NCBI GenBank assembly: GCA_963816355.1
Contig: CAWFKH010000003.1
Location: 960,001 to 1,024,000 of the forward strand
Length of the DNA: 64,000 nucleotides
Direction: 5' to 3'
Source of the DNA: an uncultured Gemmatimonadales bacterium
GTDB lineage: Bacteria > Gemmatimonadota > Gemmatimonadetes > Longimicrobiales > RSA9
Made by a program: the position numbers and the translations under genes. The notes below the pieces were generated by a model. The model did no database searches. It had not been told where the DNA came from and saw nothing but the letters and a program-made list of their open reading frames with translations. How positions within the stretch are numbered: position 1 is the first letter of the stretch; every line of letters starts with the position of its first letter. Below, piece after piece: positions 34,343-44,507 of the stretch.

Positions 34343-35335
34343 GTGAATCACGTCGATCCGGCCCGCGCCCGCGTCCTCCTCGACGGCGCGCGGCAGCGAC
34401 GCATCCTCGTCGTCGGCGACCTCATGCTCGACGTCTACCTGCGCGGCGAGGTGAGCCGCGTCTCGCCCGAAGCGCCCGTACCGGTCGTTCACGTGCGCGA
34501 GGAGTGGCGCGCGCTGGGCGGCGCCGCCAACGTCGCCGCGAACGCGGCCGCGCTCGGCGTCGCGTGCGACGTCCTCGGCTGCATCGGAGAGGATGCGGCC
34601 GGCGCCGCGCTGCGCGTCAGCCTCGCGGACGCCGGGATCGGCGACGCCGGCGTCGTCGCCGTCGCGGGCCGGCCGACCACGACGAAGACGCGCGTCATGG
34701 CCCGCCACCAGCAGGTCGCCCGCTACGATCAGGAGGCGCTCGAGCCGCTCGCGGCGGACGCCGTCTCCCGCCTCGTCGACCGCATCGAGGCGCTCGCCCC
34801 GCGCTGCGACGCCATCGTGCTCGAGGACTACGACAAGGGCGTCCTCGTCCCCGCCGTGATCGATGCCGCGCTCGACGCGGCGCGCCGCCTCGGGCGGCCG
34901 GTCGTCGTGGATCCGAAGGCGGACCACTTCTTCGACTACCGCGGCGCCACCGTCTTCAAGCCGAACCGCGGCGAGCTCGCGGCCGCGCTGCGCGCGCCGG
35001 TCCTCGCCGACGACGCCGCGTGGCTCGAGCGCACCCGCCGGCACCTCGAGTGCAGCCATCTCCTCGTCACGCTCGGCGAGGACGGCCTGGCGCTCATGAC
35101 CGAGGAGGGAGAGTACGCGCGCGTGCCCACCGTCGCCCGCTCCGTATTTGACGTCTCCGGCGCCGGCGACACGGTCACCGCCGTGATCGCGGCGACGCTT
35201 ACCGCCGGGGGCACGATCCTCGAAGCGGCGGTGCTCGCGAACCACGCGGCGGGCGTCGAGATCGGCAAGCTCGGCGTCGCCACGGTGTCGGGCGAGGAGC
35301 TGCTGGGCGCGATCGCCGACCACGCGGCCGGCTGA
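34343..35335 (+). CDS. rfaE1: D-glycero-D-manno-heptose-7-phosphate kinase (HldE domain I)
   Basis: VVGDLMLD..RVSPEAPVPVV, GGAANVA, DVSGAGDTV. Confidence 0.92.
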   Translation: MNHVDPARARVLLDGARQRRILVVGDLMLDVYLRGEVSRVSPEAPVPVVHVREEWRALGGAANVAANAAALGVACDVLGCIGEDAAGAALRVSLADAGIGDAGVVAVAGRPTTTKTRVMARHQQVARYDQEALEPLAADAVSRLVDRIEALAPRCDAIVLEDYDKGVLVPAVIDAALDAARRLGRPVVVDPKADHFFDYRGATVFKPNRGELAAALRAPVLADDAAWLERTRRHLECSHLLVTLGEDGLALMTEEGEYARVPTVARSVFDVSGAGDTVTAVIAATLTAGGTILEAAVLANHAAGVEIGKLGVATVSGEELLGAIADHAAG

Positions 35336-35392
35336 GCCCCGCGGCGGCGCGGCGCCAGCCGGGCCACGCGACACTGCAACCACGACAGGAGA

Positions 35393-35785
35393 ATGAGGAT
35401 GGCAGAGATCGAGCGCGTGCACACGGACGCGGCGCCGAAGGCGATCGGCCCCTACAGCCAGGCGATCGTCCACGGCGACCTGGTGTTCACCGCCGGGCAG
35501 ATCCCGATCGACCCCGCCAGCGGCGACATCCTCGCCGGCGACGTCGCCGTCCAGACCGACCGCGTCCTGAAGAACCTCGCCGCGGTCCTCGAGGCCGCCG
35601 GCACCTCCCTCGGGCGAGCGATCAAGACCACCGTCTTCCTCGCCGACATGGACGATTTTCCCGCCATGAACGAGGTCTACGGCCGCCACTTCGGCGACCA
35701 TCGGCCGGCGCGCTCGACCGTCCAGGTGGGAAGCCTGCCGAAGGACGTGCGCGTCGAGATCGACGTGGTCGCCGCACGCGCCTGA
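35393..35785 (+). CDS. ridA: RidA family enamine/imine deaminase
   Basis: APKAIGPYSQA, PARSTVQV..LPKDVRVEID. Confidence 0.93.
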   Translation: MRMAEIERVHTDAAPKAIGPYSQAIVHGDLVFTAGQIPIDPASGDILAGDVAVQTDRVLKNLAAVLEAAGTSLGRAIKTTVFLADMDDFPAMNEVYGRHFGDHRPARSTVQVGSLPKDVRVEIDVVAARA

Positions 35786-35948
35786 CATCGCGCCGCCGGC
35801 GCCGCGGGACCGCTCCGCGCCGCGCCCGTCTCGCGCTCCGCGCCGCGCCCGCCGCGCGCTCGCCGCCGCGCCCGCACGGCCCTTGCTACGGTAGGACACG
35901 AGGCCGGGCCCCGCGCCCGGTATGTGGACCCGTTCGGGTGAGGTGACG

Positions 35949-37103
35949 ATGTCGGTGGAACGCGAGCGCGGCGACGACACGCGCGACGGACGCGGCGGCG
36001 AGGCGCGCGGCAGACGCGGCGAAGGACCGAACCTCGGGCGCGGCGAAGGCCCGAACCTCGGACGAGGCGAGGAGCCGCAAGGCGGAGACGGCGACGAACG
36101 TGCCGACGCGCGCCGGCGGTGGCGTGGACCGCGGCCGCGCGAGGCGCTGGCGGTCGGCCTGGCCGCCGCGGCGTCCGGGTTGCTCGGCGCTGGCATGGCG
36201 CTGCGCCCGCGCCCGACGCCCGCCGCCGCACCGAGGCGGAAGAAGCCGGACCCGCAGGCGGAGATGGCGCACGCGCGGTCGACGCGCTGGGACCTGCCTG
36301 CCGTCCGCAACGACCGCGTCGACTTCTTCATCGAGTTCCTGATGGGGAAGAACCACGACAAGACGCGCGCCTGGCTCGAGCGCGTCGGCCGCTACGGTCC
36401 GATGATCCGGGAGAAGCTGCGCGAGCGCGGCATGCCCGAGGACCTGCTCTACCTCGCCATGATCGAGAGCGGTCTCAACCCGAACGCGTACTCCTCCGCC
36501 GACGCCGCCGGCCTGTGGCAGTTCATCGCGCCGACCGGCGAGCGCTACGGCCTCGAGGTGAGCCGCTGGGTGGACCAGCGGCGCGACCCGCTCAAGGCGA
36601 CCGACGCGGCGCTCACCTACCTTCAGGAGCTCCACGACCGCTTCGGCAGCTGGTACCTCGCCGCCGCCGCCTACAACACCGGCGAGAACCGCGTCGCGCG
36701 GATCCTGGACGAGAAGGCGGGCGGCGCCCGCGGCGACGACTCCCTCTACTGGAAGATCGCGCCCGACCTCCCGCGCGAGACCAGGGATTACGTGCCGGTC
36801 ATGCTCGCCATGGGCTACATCGCGAAGGACCCCGCGCGCTACGGCTTCGCCGACCTGCAGCACCAGACGCCGCTCCGCTTCGAGCCGGTCACGGTGGCGG
36901 GCGGCACCTCGCTCGACGACGTCGCCCGCGCCGCCGGCGCCGACGCGGCCACGATCGCCGAACTCAACCCGCAGCTCGTGCGCGGCAGCACGCCGCCCGG
37001 CCGCTCGTGGCGCGTGCGCGTCCCCCTCGGCGCCGCCGCTCCGGTCCTTGCGCTCTACGCTCCCGAGGGCGCGGCGGCGCCGGGCACGCGCAGGGCCGAC
37101 TGA
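35949..37103 (+). CDS. MltD-like lytic transglycosylase
   Basis: LAMIESG, AAGLWQF, AAYNTGE, LPRETRDYVP, LysM-like tail; start uncertain. Confidence 0.9.
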   Translation: MSVERERGDDTRDGRGGEARGRRGEGPNLGRGEGPNLGRGEEPQGGDGDERADARRRWRGPRPREALAVGLAAAASGLLGAGMALRPRPTPAAAPRRKKPDPQAEMAHARSTRWDLPAVRNDRVDFFIEFLMGKNHDKTRAWLERVGRYGPMIREKLRERGMPEDLLYLAMIESGLNPNAYSSADAAGLWQFIAPTGERYGLEVSRWVDQRRDPLKATDAALTYLQELHDRFGSWYLAAAAYNTGENRVARILDEKAGGARGDDSLYWKIAPDLPRETRDYVPVMLAMGYIAKDPARYGFADLQHQTPLRFEPVTVAGGTSLDDVARAAGADAATIAELNPQLVRGSTPPGRSWRVRVPLGAAAPVLALYAPEGAAAPGTRRAD

Positions 37104-37186
37104 GGAGCCGCCGGATCCGGCGCACGCCTTGACGGCGCGCGCCGCGGGCGGCCATCCTCCTGCCCCGTGCGACGACACCCGAACGG

Positions 37187-37283
37187 GGGGGCGGATCTGG
37201 CCTGGTGGCTGGCCACGTCTTCAAAACGTGCGTGCGTGGCTGAGACCCGCGCAGGTGAGTTCGATTCTCACACGCTCCCGCCA
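37187..37283 (+). tRNA. selC: tRNA-Sec (anticodon UCA)
   Basis: Anticodon arm CACGT-CT TCA AA-ACGTG, long variable arm, T arm GTGAG-TTCGATT-CTCAC, GCCA 3' end, 97 nt. Confidence 0.9.
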
Positions 37284-37328
37284 TCGCTTCCGCCGGCCGG
37301 CTTCTCCTCACGCGCCAGGACCTGCCGA

Positions 37329-38255
37329 GTGCAATTCATCGTGAACCCGACGGCCGGCGGCGGCCGGGCCCGCCGCGCCGCACGCGCCATCGAGCGGCGA
37401 CTCTCGCGCGCAGGCGTCGACTTCCGCCTCGCCGAGACCGCCGGCCGCGGCGACGCGCTCGACCTCGCCCGCGAGGCGGCCCGAGCCGGGGCGGACGCGG
37501 TCGTCGCCGTGGGCGGCGACGGCACCGTGCACGAGATCGTCAACGGCCTGCTGCGCGCCCGAGAGGAGCAGGTACCGCTGCCGCCGTTCGGCGTCGTGCC
37601 GGCCGGCTCCGGCAACGACTTCGTCACCTCGGCGGCGGGGACCTCCGACGCGCTGGCGCTGTACAACGCGCTGCGTGGCGGCGCGCTGCGAAGCGTGGAC
37701 GCCGGGCGGGTCGAGTGGCCGGGGGGCCACGCCTATTTCGTCAACGCGATGGGCCTCGGGATCGACGTCGAGGTGGTGCGGCAGGTGGAGCGGTCGCCGC
37801 GGCTGCCCGGCCTCGCGGGCTACCTCCTCGCCCTCGCCCGCGCGCTCGTCGGCTTCTCGGCGGTTCCGGTGCGCTTGCGCGTGGACGGCGAGGAGTGGCG
37901 GGGACGCGTCATGATGGCGGCCGTGTCCAACGGCGCGCGCCTCGGCGGCGGCTTCCGCCTCTCCCCCGACGCGCGCATCGACGACGGCCACCTCGACCTC
38001 TGTATCGTGAGCCGGCTCGGCGCGTGGGGCGTCGCGCGCGCCGTCCCCAGGATCCTCGCGGGCACGCACGGAACAATGGCGGCGGTGACCATGCGAAAGG
38101 GAACGATGATCGAGATCGAGCGCACCGACGGCGCCTCTCTCGTCCTGCAGCTCGACGGCGAGCTGTGCGACGTCGGCCCCGCCGCGCTCACCCGCGTCGC
38201 CGCGCTCCCCGGCGCGCTCCGGCTCATCGTTCCCGCGGCCGAAGGCGCCGCTTGA
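37329..38255 (+). CDS. Diacylglycerol kinase family lipid kinase
   Basis: IVNPTAGGG, VGGDGTVHEIVNGL, PAGSGNDF, QLDGE. Confidence 0.92.
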   Translation: MQFIVNPTAGGGRARRAARAIERRLSRAGVDFRLAETAGRGDALDLAREAARAGADAVVAVGGDGTVHEIVNGLLRAREEQVPLPPFGVVPAGSGNDFVTSAAGTSDALALYNALRGGALRSVDAGRVEWPGGHAYFVNAMGLGIDVEVVRQVERSPRLPGLAGYLLALARALVGFSAVPVRLRVDGEEWRGRVMMAAVSNGARLGGGFRLSPDARIDDGHLDLCIVSRLGAWGVARAVPRILAGTHGTMAAVTMRKGTMIEIERTDGASLVLQLDGELCDVGPAALTRVAALPGALRLIVPAAEGAA

Positions 38256-38893
38256 TGCCGCCGCCGCGCCGCCGCGCCGGCCGCGGGCCGGCGACGTCGC
38301 TCGCGCTGCTCCTCGCGCTCGCCGCGCTCCACGCCGCGCCGGCCGCCGCGCAGCAGCCCGCGCTGCCGGACAGCAACGCGTTCAGGGTCCCGCCCGGCAC
38401 GCCGTCGCCCGCGGGCGCGATGCTCCGCTCGCTCGTCGTACCCGGCTGGGGACAGGCCGCCTCCCGCGCCTACTTCCGCGGCGGCATCTACTTCGCGGCG
38501 GTCACCGGAAGCTGGATCATGGTCTTCAAGACCAACGACAACCTCGCCTCGGCGCGTACGGTCGAGTCGATCCGCCGCGCCTTCGCGCGCGATTCGATCC
38601 TCGCCGCCGCGGAGACCGACCGCGCCCTGGCGAGCCGCATCAAGGACCCGCTCGGCTTCCGGCAGGCGGTCGACAGTACCGACGCCGTGGCGGCCGAACA
38701 TCGGCTGGCCGACTCGCGCCGCGGCCAGCGCCAGGACTGGATCGCGCAGGTGATCTTCTGGACGCTCGCCGGCGCCGCCGACGCGTACGTGACGAACCAG
38801 CTCGTCGACTTCCCCGTCGACGTGCGCGCCGCACCGCGCGCCGGCGGCGGCGTCGAGTTCGGCATCGGCGTGCCGTGGAAGGGACCCCGTTGA
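38255..38893 (+). CDS. Secreted/membrane hypothetical protein (DUF5683-like)
   Basis: Signal peptide, AMLRSLVVPGWGQ and ADAYV motifs. Confidence 0.65.
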   Translation: MPPPRRRAGRGPATSLALLLALAALHAAPAAAQQPALPDSNAFRVPPGTPSPAGAMLRSLVVPGWGQAASRAYFRGGIYFAAVTGSWIMVFKTNDNLASARTVESIRRAFARDSILAAAETDRALASRIKDPLGFRQAVDSTDAVAAEHRLADSRRGQRQDWIAQVIFWTLAGAADAYVTNQLVDFPVDVRAAPRAGGGVEFGIGVPWKGPR

Positions 38894-39810
38894 GAGACGG
38901 GGCCGAACGGCCGATCGGCGACGCGGACCGGGGCGGAGCCGACACGCGCCCCATCGGCGTCTTCGATTCGGGCATCGGAGGACTCACCGTGGTGAGCGAG
39001 CTGGTGCGCCGCCTGCCGCACGAGTCGATCCTCTACTTCGGCGACACCGCCCGCCTGCCCTACGGCCCGAAGTCGCCCGAGACCGTCGTGCGCTATTCGC
39101 GCGAGGCCGCCGCTTTCCTCCTGTCGCGCGACGTGAAGGCGATCGTCGTCGCGTGCAACACGGCGACCGCCCACGCCCTCGCCGAGTTGGAGCGGTCGAC
39201 GCCCGTGCCGGTCATCGGCGTGGTCGACGCGGGCGCGCGCGCGGCGATCGCCGCCACCCGGACGGGACGGATCGGCGTCATCGGGACCGCCGGCACGATC
39301 GGCTCCGGCGCCTACGACCGCGCCATCCGCGCCGCCAGGGCCGACGCTCACGTCTACGCGCAGCCGTGCCCCCTCTTCGTGCCGCTCGTCGAGGAAGGCC
39401 TCGTAGAACACGCCGCCACGGAGATGATCGCGCGCGACTACCTGCGCCCGCTCCACGACGTAGACGTGGACGTCCTGATCCTCGGCTGCACCCACTACCC
39501 GCTGCTGCGCCCGCTGCTCGGCAGGATCATGGGCCCGGACGTCACCCTCGTCGACTCCGCCGAGGAAACGGCCCGCGACGCCGCCGAAGTGCTCCAGGCC
39601 GCCTCGCTCCTCGCGCCCCCGGGCGCTGCCGTCACGCGCCATTTCACCGCGAGCGACCTGCCACTCCGCTTCCGCGACATCGGCCGCCGCTTCGTCGGCG
39701 GCATCATCGACGATGTCGAGCGGGTCGACGTCGAGGGCGCCGCGCCGCCGCCTCCTCACTCCTCCCAGCGCCGCAGCGCCGGCGCCGCCCCGTCCGGCAC
39801 CGTCACGTAG
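38890..39810 (+). CDS. murI: Glutamate racemase
   Basis: IGVFDSGIGGLTV, ACNTA, LGCTHYP. Confidence 0.95.
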   Translation: MRDGAERPIGDADRGGADTRPIGVFDSGIGGLTVVSELVRRLPHESILYFGDTARLPYGPKSPETVVRYSREAAAFLLSRDVKAIVVACNTATAHALAELERSTPVPVIGVVDAGARAAIAATRTGRIGVIGTAGTIGSGAYDRAIRAARADAHVYAQPCPLFVPLVEEGLVEHAATEMIARDYLRPLHDVDVDVLILGCTHYPLLRPLLGRIMGPDVTLVDSAEETARDAAEVLQAASLLAPPGAAVTRHFTASDLPLRFRDIGRRFVGGIIDDVERVDVEGAAPPPPHSSQRRSAGAAPSGTVT

Positions 39811-40481
39811 GCCGCCTCGCGCAGCCAGTCGCCCGCGTTGACGTAGTGGCGGCCGGGCGCCACCTCCGTGATCTCTGCCCGGTGCGCGTGGCCGCACACC
39901 ACCAGCGAGAGCTCCGACTCCTCCGCGAGCCGCGCCTCCGCCCACGCGCGGATGTAGGCAGCCCGTCCGACGCCGCCGCCTGCCGGCCCCTTCGCCTCCG
40001 TCGACGACACCGCGCGCGCCAACCGCAGCCCCAGCTCCGGGTGCAGCGCGCGGAACGCGGCGATCGCGCCCCGGCTGCGAATCGCCGCCTTGAGGGTGCG
40101 GTACTTCAGGTCGCCGCCCCCCACGCCGTCGCCGTGCGCGACGAGCGCGGCGCGGCCGCCGAGACGCAGGCGGATCGGGCCGTCGCGAAAGTCCAACCCC
40201 ACGCGCTCGCGCAGGAAGCGGCCGCCCCACGCGTCGTGATTGCCGCCGATCATCGTGACCGGCACCCCCGCGTCCGCCAGGTCCGCGAGCGCTGCCAGCG
40301 TGCGGAAATGGCGGCTCGGCACCACGTCGCCCCATTCGAACCAGAAGTCGAACAGGTCGCCCGCGACGAGCAGCGAGCGCGCGCGCCCCGGCAGCGAGCG
40401 GAGGAAGGCGACGAACGCCCGCTCCGTCGCGTCCGGCACCGCGCCCAGGTGCACGTCCGAGACGACGTAGTCGGTTCCCAT
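39756..40481 (-). CDS. lpxH: UDP-2,3-diacylglucosamine hydrolase (LpxH-like metallophosphoesterase)
   Basis: SDVHLG, GDLFDFWFE, GNHD, HGDG, GHAH. Confidence 0.85.
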   Translation of the reverse strand: MGTDYVVSDVHLGAVPDATERAFVAFLRSLPGRARSLLVAGDLFDFWFEWGDVVPSRHFRTLAALADLADAGVPVTMIGGNHDAWGGRFLRERVGLDFRDGPIRLRLGGRAALVAHGDGVGGGDLKYRTLKAAIRSRGAIAAFRALHPELGLRLARAVSSTEAKGPAGGGVGRAAYIRAWAEARLAEESELSLVVCGHAHRAEITEVAPGRHYVNAGDWLREAAYVTVPDGAAPALRRWEE

Positions 40482-40615
40482 GTGGCGGCCAAGCTAGACG
40501 ACGCGCGCGCGGTGCCACAAGGGCGCCGCCGCAATGGCGCCGCCGCGGTTGACGCGCCCCTCCGGCCACCGGTAGGATCACGCTTCCATCGGCCGGGAGG
40601 GAGGGAAGCGCACGC

Positions 40616-41059
40616 ATGGAGGCCGCAGCGACCGCGGGCACGACGAACACGCGCGTACGCGTGCGCTACGCGGAGACCGACCAGATGGGCGTCGCCTATC
40701 ACGCGCACTATCTGGTGTGGTGCGAGGTGGGGCGCACCGATCTGATCCGCCACCTCGGCGCGCCCTACCGCGAGCTCGAAGAGGGCGGCCTCCGCCTCGC
40801 CGTCGTCGACGCCGCCGTCCGCTACCACGCCCCCGCTCGCTATGACGACGTCGTGCGCGTCGAGACCCGCGTCGAGCGCGTGCGCTCCCGCGGCGTCAAC
40901 TTCGCCTATCGCCTCGTCCGCGAGGAGCCCGCCCCCGAAACGCGACTCGCCACCGCGACCACCCACCTCATCGCGCTCCGCCCCGATGGCGTTCCGGGTA
41001 GCCTGCCCCGCTCCCTCATCGAACGTCTGAGCCGTGCCGCGGGTAGTAGCGTTCCATGA
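40616..41059 (+). CDS. YbgC/FadM family acyl-CoA thioesterase
   Basis: RVRYAETDQMGVAYH, PARYDD. Confidence 0.9.
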   Translation: MEAAATAGTTNTRVRVRYAETDQMGVAYHAHYLVWCEVGRTDLIRHLGAPYRELEEGGLRLAVVDAAVRYHAPARYDDVVRVETRVERVRSRGVNFAYRLVREEPAPETRLATATTHLIALRPDGVPGSLPRSLIERLSRAAGSSVP

Positions 41060-41777
41060 AGCGTCTCACGCCATTCGATCGGCGCCGCGACGCCGCGCGC
41101 GCCGCGTCCGCTCCTCGCGCTCGCCACGTTCCTCGCCGCGTCGTGCGCCTCGGCGCCCGGCGCACCGGAGGCCGCCGCGGGTGCGCCGCCCGACAGCGCC
41201 GCGGCGGAGGCCGCCATCGCCGCGACGCGCCCCACCGGCGCCCGCAAGGCCGTCTTCAGCTGGCGGCTGCGTGACCAGAACAGCCATTTCAGCGGCCGCG
41301 GTGTCGCCCGCGATCCAGGGCCCCGACCGCGCGCGCATCGATCTCTTCGGTCCGCGTGGCGAGAGCTACCTCGCGGCCGCGCTCGTCGGCGACGATCTCC
41401 GCATCCCGGCCGGCGTCGATCCGGACGTGGTGCCGCCGAAGACGCTGCTCTGGAGCGCGCTCGGGGTGGTGCGCCCCCCCGACGACGCGCGCCTCGTCTC
41501 CACCGAGCGCGGATCCTCCGGACTGTCGCTGCGGTACCGTTCCGCGGAGGGCACCTGGACCTTCGTCCTGTCCGACGGCACGCTGCGCAGCGCCCGCCTC
41601 GATCCCGCCTCCGGCAGCCGCCAGACCGTCGAGCTCGATCCCGCCGCGAACGGCGGGGTGCCGCAGAAGGCGGATTATCGCGACTGGGTCGCCTTCCGCG
41701 AGCTCGTCCTGACCCTCGAGAACGTTACGGACGTCAATGCGTTTCCCGCGGACATCTGGTCTCCGGACAGCCGCTAG
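41056..41777 (+). CDS. Lipoprotein, possibly LolB-like; two apparent frameshifts (~41090, ~41310)
   Basis: Reassembled: LLALATFLAASCAS..KAVFSWRLRDQNSHFSGRGVARIQGPDRARIDLFGPRGE. Confidence 0.55.
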
Positions 41778-42264
41778 GCTGTCGCTCCTGCTGCCGCTCG
41801 CGCTCGGCGGATGCCTCTACGGCTTCCGCGGGGGCGGCGGCTTCCCGGCCGACATCCGGACGGTGAACATCCAGCCGTTCGACAACGAGACGACGGAGTT
41901 CCAGCTCCAGGGCGAGCTCTTCAACCAGTTGCTCGACCGCGTGCCGCCTTCGCTCGGCCTCAAGATCGCCGGCGAGGGCATCGCGGACGCGGTCCTCAGC
42001 GGCAAGATCGTGCGCTACGACGACGCCGCCGAGAACTACCGCGCCGATCAGACGAGCGGCATCCAGGACCTGCAGCACAAGGTCCAGATCGTCGTCTCCG
42101 CCCGCATCGTCGACGTGAAGCGCAACGTGATCCTGTGGGAAAACACGAACGTGACCGGCCAGGGCACCTACCAGCCGACGACGGAGAGCGGCCAGGTCGG
42201 CCAGCAGCAGGCGCTCCAGGACGTCGTCAACAAGATCCTCGACGGCGCCCAGTCCCAGTGGTGA
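41737..42264 (+). CDS. lptE: LPS assembly lipoprotein LptE
   Basis: LGGCLYGF lipobox, IRTVNIQPFDNET, C-terminal W. Confidence 0.8.
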   Translation: MRFPRTSGLRTAARLSLLLPLALGGCLYGFRGGGGFPADIRTVNIQPFDNETTEFQLQGELFNQLLDRVPPSLGLKIAGEGIADAVLSGKIVRYDDAAENYRADQTSGIQDLQHKVQIVVSARIVDVKRNVILWENTNVTGQGTYQPTTESGQVGQQQALQDVVNKILDGAQSQW

Positions 42265-43214
42265 GGCCGCTCCGCATCGCCTCGCGCGGCAGCGCGCTCG
42301 CGCTCTGGCAGGCCCGCCACGTCGCCTCGCTCCTCGAAGCCGCCCACCCCGGCCTCGTCGTCGACATCCACGTCCTTCAGACGAAGGGCGACCGCGTCAC
42401 CGACGCGCCCCTCTCCGCCATCGGCGACCGCGGCCTCTTCACCAAGGAGATCGACCGCGCCGTCGTCGAGGAGGAGGCGGACCTCGCCGTCCACTCGCTC
42501 AAGGACCTGCCGACCGCCGTCGAGGAGGGCCTCGCCATCGGCGCCGTCCTCGAGCGCGAGGATCCACGCGACGCCCTCGTCGTCGCACCCGGCCGGCCCC
42601 GCCGCCTCGACGCGCTTCCCGCCGGCGCCTCCATCGGCACCAGCTCCCTCCGCCGCCGCGCCCAGCTCCTCGAACGCCGGCCCGACCTCGACGTGCGCGA
42701 CCTCCGCGGCAACCTCGACACCCGGCTCCGCCGCGCCGCCGACGCCGATTTCGACGCCGTCATCCTCGCCCACGCCGGCATCCGCCGCCTCGGCCGCGCC
42801 GACGTCGTGGCGGAAGTGCTCGAGTCGCCACCATGGCTGCCCGCCGCCGGCCAGGGCGCTCTCGCCCTCTCCGTCCGCCGTGACGACGACGGCACCGCCG
42901 CGCGCGTCGCCGTCCTCGAACACGCGCCCACGCGCGCCGCGACCACCGCCGAGCGCACGCTGCTCGGCGCGCTCGAGGGCGGCTGTCAGATCCCGATCGG
43001 CGCGCTCGCCCGCCTCGACGGCGACCGCCTCCACCTCGACGCCTTCGTCGCCGCCCTCGACGGATCCCCCTTCCTGCGCGCCGCGGGCGACGGCGACGCC
43101 GCCCGCGCCGCCGACATCGGCCGGCGCGTCGCCGACCAGCTCCGCGAGCGCGGCGCCGACGCCGTCCTCGAGGCGATCCGTCGCGGCACCGTCCCTCCGG
43201 CGGCCGCGCCGTGA
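42261..43214 (+). CDS. hemC: Hydroxymethylbilane synthase
   Basis: RGSALALWQA, AVHSLKDLP, GTSSLRR, LEGGCQIPIG. Confidence 0.96.
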   Translation: MRPLRIASRGSALALWQARHVASLLEAAHPGLVVDIHVLQTKGDRVTDAPLSAIGDRGLFTKEIDRAVVEEEADLAVHSLKDLPTAVEEGLAIGAVLEREDPRDALVVAPGRPRRLDALPAGASIGTSSLRRRAQLLERRPDLDVRDLRGNLDTRLRRAADADFDAVILAHAGIRRLGRADVVAEVLESPPWLPAAGQGALALSVRRDDDGTAARVAVLEHAPTRAATTAERTLLGALEGGCQIPIGALARLDGDRLHLDAFVAALDGSPFLRAAGDGDAARAADIGRRVADQLRERGADAVLEAIRRGTVPPAAAP

Positions 43215-43735
43215 AACACGCCCCGCCGCCGCCGCGCACGAAGATCCTGGCCCGGGACGCCTTGCTCGCGCGCCACGCGCGCCCGCGGGACGCCCGCGTC
43301 GTCTTCACCAACGGCTGCTTCGACCTGCTTCACCCCGGCCACGTCGAGTACCTGCACGCGGCGCGCGGCCTCGGCGACCTCCTCGTCGTGGGGCTCAACG
43401 ACGACGACTCCGTCCGCCGCCTCAAGGGGCCGGGACGTCCCGTCCTCGCCCTCGGCGACCGCGCCTTCGTCCTCGCCGGCCTCGCCGCCGTCGACGTCGT
43501 CACTCCGTTCCACGAGGACACGCCCCGCGCATTGATCGCCGCCCTCCTTCCCAATGTGCTCGTGAAGGGCGGCGACTACGCCGCCGAAGAGGTGGTGGGA
43601 AGGGAAGAGGTCGAGGCCGGCGGCGGCCGCGTCGTGATCGTCCCCTTCCGCCAGGGCTACTCGAGCTCCGCCCTCATGCAACGAATCCGCGCCGCCGCTG
43701 CGGCCAACCCCGGCGACCCCCGCACGACGAGGTGA
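43211..43735 (+). CDS. rfaE2: Heptose-1-phosphate adenylyltransferase (HldE domain II)
   Basis: [21 protein letters not shown]. Confidence 0.93.
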   Translation: MKHAPPPPRTKILARDALLARHARPRDARVVFTNGCFDLLHPGHVEYLHAARGLGDLLVVGLNDDDSVRRLKGPGRPVLALGDRAFVLAGLAAVDVVTPFHEDTPRALIAALLPNVLVKGGDYAAEEVVGREEVEAGGGRVVIVPFRQGYSSSALMQRIRAAAAANPGDPRTTR

Positions 43736-43736
43736 G

Positions 43737-44447
43737 ATGAGGACCGACCGGCCGAACGACGACCTCCGCGACATCCGACTCGAGCGCGGCGCGGCCCCCG
43801 AAGCGGAAGGGTCCTGCCTCATCACCGCGGGGGACACCCGCGTCCTGTGCGCCGCCACCGTGCAGCAGGGCGTGCCCCCGTGGCGCGAAGGTCGACGCTC
43901 CGGCTGGGTCACCGCGGAGTATGCCATGCTCCCCCGCTCGACCCGCAGGCGCACCTCGCGCGAGCGCGGCCACGTCGGCGGCCGCACGCAGGAGATCCAG
44001 CGCCTCATCGGCCGCTCCCTGCGCGCCGCCGTCGACCTCGACGCGCTCGGCGAGCGTACCATCATCGTCGACTGCGACGTCCTCGGCGCCGACGGCGGCA
44101 CCCGCACCGCCGCCGTGACCGGAGCCGCCGTCGCGCTGCACGACGCGTGTGAGTGGTTGCTCGCCAACTCGGCGATCGACCGCTCGCCGCTGCGCTCGCT
44201 CGTCGCCGCCGTCAGCGTCGGCATCGTCGCCGGCGAGCCGCGCCTCGACCTCGACTACCGCGAGGACGTGTCCGCGGACGTCGACATGAACGTCGTCGCG
44301 CTCGAAGGCGCGCGCCTCGTCGAGGTGCAGGGCACCGCCGAGGGTGAAGCGTTCGACCGCAAGCAGCTCGACCGCCTGCTCGACCTCGCGATCGCCGGCA
44401 TCGAACGCCTTCACCGGCACCAGCGCGCCGCGATCGGTGCGACGTGA
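43737..44447 (+). CDS. rph: Ribonuclease PH
   Basis: [34 protein letters not shown]. Confidence 0.96.
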   Translation: MRTDRPNDDLRDIRLERGAAPEAEGSCLITAGDTRVLCAATVQQGVPPWREGRRSGWVTAEYAMLPRSTRRRTSRERGHVGGRTQEIQRLIGRSLRAAVDLDALGERTIIVDCDVLGADGGTRTAAVTGAAVALHDACEWLLANSAIDRSPLRSLVAAVSVGIVAGEPRLDLDYREDVSADVDMNVVALEGARLVEVQGTAEGEAFDRKQLDRLLDLAIAGIERLHRHQRAAIGAT

Positions 44448-44507
44448 GCCGCTCGACCCTCCGCCGAGCCGCCACCTGACACGCCCCCGCCCGCCGAACC
44501 TCGCCTC

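Noticed and set aside
34343..43735. Split hldE as a novelty
   Set aside because: Separate rfaE1 and rfaE2 genes are common outside enterobacteria
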